DNA of 38,875 nucleotides. Source: Paraphysomonas bandaiensis. Its lineage: Eukaryota > Protista > Chrysophyceae. The stretch covers positions 1 to 38,875 of the forward strand of contig CBFFRP010000166.1 of the NCBI GenBank assembly GCA_965644295.1, read 5' to 3'. Made by a program: the position numbers and the translations under genes. Below are positions 34,594-38,875 of this stretch, one piece after another (within the stretch, counting starts at the first letter, position 1; each line of letters starts with the position of its first letter). The notes beneath the pieces were generated by a model. The model made no database searches and was not told the DNA's origin. It worked only from the letters and a program-made list of their open reading frames with translations.

Positions 34594-34963
34594 CGTGCAA
34601 GAGTGATTGTTTCTAGTGGGTATTTACTTGAGGAGATAGTGAGGCAGGCTGTGGATTGATGCAGTCATGCATGTATGTGTATGTGCCAGTAGGAGATTGA
34701 TTGATAGGACATGCGACTGTATACAGCAGACTATACATATACAGTACAGCAGTACACTCTGCTGCTTTATACGTACACATCAATACAAGTGTAGCTTAGG
34801 ATAGTACACAACTCTGTACTTATATACACAGTACATCTGTACACCTGCATAGAGGAATTCTTGTGTGCTGTATATGGTATGTATATGTACATACAAACAT
34901 ACTGGTATACTGCGGTACACCGGTACACCATAACGAGCAGTTGTAGGTCAGATCCTCGCTCAT

Positions 34964-36966
34964 ATGTTTGGTATGCAACAGAGCATAGCAGAGTGTGCAG
35001 AGTGAGTATATCCAGCAGTGCCCATACACGATAATATTATCTCCTCACACTCTCTTTGCATAACAATAACGCTCCTGCTAACACAGATATGTTCAGATGC
35101 TGCATGTGTCTGGACCCGAACAGTCATGACCGTGCCATTCGTCATAAGTTTGAAGAATGCGAGGATGATACTGCGATTGGGAAATTTCCAGTCTTGCCAA
35201 TAGCATATAACGATCTTAAGAGCGACCTGCGATCTGGTCTCACTGCAGATGCTCGCTTGTATTGGTGGCCGTTACTCCCAAGAGTACTCTCAGGAACTAC
35301 GATCACTTCCTATCCAGATATAAAAGATATTGCCGCAAAGCGTTATAAGTGGGCGAAAGAACAAGAAATAGGAACCTCGAAGAGTGAACACACAGAAATA
35401 CATGATATTCAAAGTGATCGCTGCGAGGAAATAATGACCTTGCTTATTAAAATGCATGACCTAGAAGAGCCTGGTCTTATCAAGCCGCTTGTTAATATAT
35501 TGGTCTTGATGATGCCGAACATAGATATTTGTTTTCAAACATGTTGCGATATTCTTGCACGTCCTGATTGGTTTATCTCCCCCACTGCAGTGAATCATCG
35601 CCTGAAGTTGTTTACTTTCAAGGAACTTGTCAAAAAATACATGCCTAAAGAATTTAATACACTGGACCGTATAGGTGCATTGGGTGCTGAGTACTTAAAC
35701 TTGATATTTATTGACCTGTTCTCTTCACTGTTACCTATGCCTGACGTTGCCAGGATAATGGACTCTTTTCTTCTAGAGGGATTAAAGATATTGCACCGGT
35801 ACGGGTTGGGACTGATACATATGCATCGGGATTTCTTACACAGCAGTGTCTGCTGGTAGGTTGTCAGATCCGATAGCACTCATCATTAATTCTGTTACAG
35901 CTCTGGAAGGCAGTTCTGGGAGGAAGTCCGTAACCGCTGTCATACCAGTCTCAACTTTAACGATCTATCTGTCAGTGCTTTCACGTTGGGTAGGTCAGCA
36001 TTCTCGCTAGTCACGGGTGGTGGTTTCTCGTTACGCCGGAAGTCCATTGGCAAGTACGAAGGAAGAGGGAGGGTGGCATTGGGAGAAAGTGCACGTCTAC
36101 CGCTGAATCTTGGTCTAATGCGTGGAAGGGGTAAAGCCACAGTCCGTGGTGTTGATGCGGTCTCCAAGATCATTGACAAACCAGCAGCGGCCAGGCTGCG
36201 CATGTTTCTTCCTGAGAGCAGCAATATGGAGGGATTTAGGTTGGTTTTTGCAACTTATCGAGATGGCTGGAGTCTGGATACGCTATATACCCGCACTGCT
36301 GGTATGTACCCTTGTATAATAGTCATACGGTCCTTGCAGCAGAGGGTCGTCGTTGGAGCATTTGTGCCGGTTCCTATATCTCCTCCATCTAACGACATAA
36401 GGTATGCTACTATCCCATACAAAACCGACTCACGTGTTGCGTAGGGGCAACGGTACTGCATTTGTATTTCGACTGTCCGGTGATACGTCCGCGTGCTACC
36501 GTTGGGAACCCATGCAGGGATCAGATAGACAAGATGGCACTCTATCTGCTGCTCACGCACAGTTTGCGTTATGCGCCACTGACTACATTATCGTGGGTGG
36601 AAGCGCCTTTCATGGGACAAATGCATTACGCATTGACTCTGAGCTAAAGACTTGCTACTCTGGCCCTTCTGATACTTATGGCAACCCTCCACTGGCCCCA
36701 GAGGAGAGGATTCAGCCCTTTGTTATAGGTACAAACCAAATACGCAATATTGTTTTCACAGCTCCGGTATATTCGCTGTATACGTAGGTGATTTGGAAAT
36801 TTTGTGCGGAGAGTCGAGCGCTGAAAGAACTATCCGAGGAGATGCTTATCAAAAAGCGTCATGGAATTCCGAAAAAGCGTCGCATGGAGCGAGCACCTTC
36901 AGTTTGCTGCACAGAAAATCTGATTCTCATTCGATTGAATGTGACAATGACGGTGGTTCTTGCTGA
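34964..36966 (+). CDS. TBC-like plus TLDc domain protein (TBC1D24-like); start 34964 or 35089
   Basis: LLPMPDVARIMDSFLLEGLKILHRYGLGL (TBC C-lobe); TLDc motifs FATYRDGWSLDTLY, GNGTAFVF, IVGGS, ALRIDSEL...SDTYGNPPL. Introns 35856-35900, 36402-36444 and 36729-36787 are in frame. Confidence 0.88.
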
Positions 36967-37733
36967 CAGCAGTTAGTGATATCGATATCCCTCTGAAATA
37001 CATATATTGTTTGTTCTGAACCATTCTAATTAGTTTGAATGGTTTGGATAAGCTCCGATGTTGTGATAGAGTACTTTCGCCTATATAATATATCATAGAA
37101 CGAAACGACGTAAATAATATTTATCATGATGTTACTTCGAAAATTATCCTACGTTTGTTGAAACACACACACTGAGACACGTGTATGTGTTTGAGCAATA
37201 ATATTAAGAATATCTTATATACTTCATGTTTCCATATTTCATATATATAGTATATATAGATATAGGATGCTCGCCTATAGTTTACCATGGGGATGGCTAA
37301 AGTTGATTAAGCTACGTTTAGTGCATATTGCATATCAGTGTTTAACTTTACACCAGAGTCAGGAAACCAACCTTCGCACGATTTCAATGTCATTTTGGTT
37401 GTCGCTTACCGCCATGTTAATGACCATTGCTCTTAAAAACTTCCAGGGTCTCGTTTCCACCACAAGCAGGGCTATGTAGTGACTGCATACTGCTGTATAT
37501 TATTTATCTTTCAATATATTAATCAAGGGAGGGGGACAAGGGCAAGCCTTTTTCTACCCCACATGCCCCTCAAGGGGCCTCTTCTCTTCGAGTGTTTCCA
37601 ATTACAACCTTCGGTTGTAATTCCTTCTCTTTGTGAGTTTAACTTATAACTTATTATTAATAAGTTATAATTACTTTATATATTATTTATATTCTTAAAT
37701 AAAATTAATTACTTTATATATTATTTATAATGT

Positions 37734-37916
37734 TTATAATAAAAAGTAATATAGATAACAAAGTAGATTTAATAAGTAGATTTAATAGTAGATATAGGGG
37801 GAGGGAAAAATTAAAATGAAAAATAATTTAAATTTGTAAGGTTTGTAAAACCCCGGGATTCTACCATAAAAACTACTTATTAAATCTACTTTGTTATCTA
37901 TATGACTTTTTTATAA
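37734..37916. repeat. ~45-bp inverted repeat (31-bp perfect core) around a 93-bp spacer
   Basis: 37749-37779 ATATAGATAACAAAGTAGATTTAATAAGTAG is the exact reverse complement of 37873-37903. Confidence 0.92.
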
Positions 37917-38176
37917 TAATGTATAATGGCAATGCTTAAAGCTCTGGAATGTAGTTGTAGTGATATAATGGCGAAGCTTTAAGCAAAAACTCATAAAACC
38001 TTGAATTCTAATTTAAATATAGAATATAATAATGTAATGCTATATTATATATAGATGTCAATTTATACAAAGCCCAAAACAAGCAATAATGCCATTTTCA
38101 ATGCAGAAAATCATAAACAGATTGAAAATATATATAAAATGGTTTAAAAAGAAATTATTATATATATATTATTACT

Positions 38177-38698
38177 ATGATTGAAGAATGGAAAGTGATT
38201 GATGGATACAACAATAACTATAGTGTATCAAACAAAGGAAATGTAAAGAATAACAATACGGAAAGAATATTAAAGCAAACTATAAATAGAGATGGTTACC
38301 ATAGACTCAGTCTTTATGTTGATAGAAAGCAAAAAACAGTTGAGATTCATCGATTAGTTGCAATAGCGTTTATACCAAATCCAGAAAATAAGCCTTGTGT
38401 AGATCATATAAATAATAACACATTAGACAACAATGTTAATAATTTGAGATGGGCAACCGCAAAAGAGAATCAATATAACCAAAAATTAAGCAAAGCAAAC
38501 AAATGTGGAGTAAAAGGCGTATGTTATAACAAAAGAGATAAGAAATGGCGAGCGTCAATAACAGTAGATGGAATTAAAATCCACATTGGAAGCTTCGACA
38601 CAATGGAAGAAGCAAAACAAGCAAGAATAAAAAGAGCGAATAAAGCATTCGGAGTCTTCATAAATGCCTGTGAAAAAGAAGAAGAACCCCTTACATAA
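38177..38698 (+). CDS. NUMOD4-HNH-AP2 homing endonuclease-like protein
   Basis: EEWKVIDGY..YSVSNKGNV (NUMOD4); IHRLVAIAFIPNPENKPCVDHINN..LDNNVNNLRWAT (HNH); GVKGV...KKWRASI...HIGSFDTMEEA (AP2). Intact, intronless and AT-rich. Confidence 0.93.
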   Translation: MIEEWKVIDGYNNNYSVSNKGNVKNNNTERILKQTINRDGYHRLSLYVDRKQKTVEIHRLVAIAFIPNPENKPCVDHINNNTLDNNVNNLRWATAKENQYNQKLSKANKCGVKGVCYNKRDKKWRASITVDGIKIHIGSFDTMEEAKQARIKRANKAFGVFINACEKEEEPLT

Positions 38699-38875
38699 CA
38701 ATAACAATGAATATAACGAATACGATACATACAACCAAACAAAGACAACATACCTGAAATGCACTCATAATGACATCATCATATTTCCTTTATTATATCA
38801 CAATGATATATACACAATGACAATGAATATATATATATGCATATATATACTCGTAGACAAACAAACAACATACAG

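Overview
Eukaryotic nuclear DNA with short (about 40-90 nt) GT-AG introns, a Pol III tRNA gene and the standard genetic code. The gene and transposon repertoire suggests a flagellated stramenopile such as a chrysophyte-like ochrophyte (inference). Bases 1 to ~21.5 kb are a nest of mobile elements around one orphan spliced gene: an IS630/Tc1-type transposase, an internally deleted Crypton-like recombinase with a compound tandem array, two related compact piggyBac-like elements, a Copia fragment, two Ty3/gypsy families and fragments of a viral-type protein-primed DNA polymerase. The right half holds intact host genes: a soluble adenylyl cyclase-STAND protein, centrin, tRNA-Thr(CGT), PP2A B55, proteasome alpha-7 and a TBC/TLDc protein. 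It also contains a fold-back Copia gag fragment and an AT-rich, hairpin-rich NUMOD4-HNH-AP2 island. The best candidates for something new are (i) an unclassified ~0.5-kb structured non-coding repeat in three copies, one flanked by an exact 15-bp target-site duplication; (ii) a Ty3 element whose gag and pol are in frame across one UGA-CAA-UUA readthrough signal, with a CCCH-like Gag finger and an FDN RT motif; and (iii) 1.7-kb intron-containing piggyBacs lacking the cysteine-rich domain and having 13-bp-periodic ends. All coordinates were counted by eye, and family calls come from motif recognition, not database searches.
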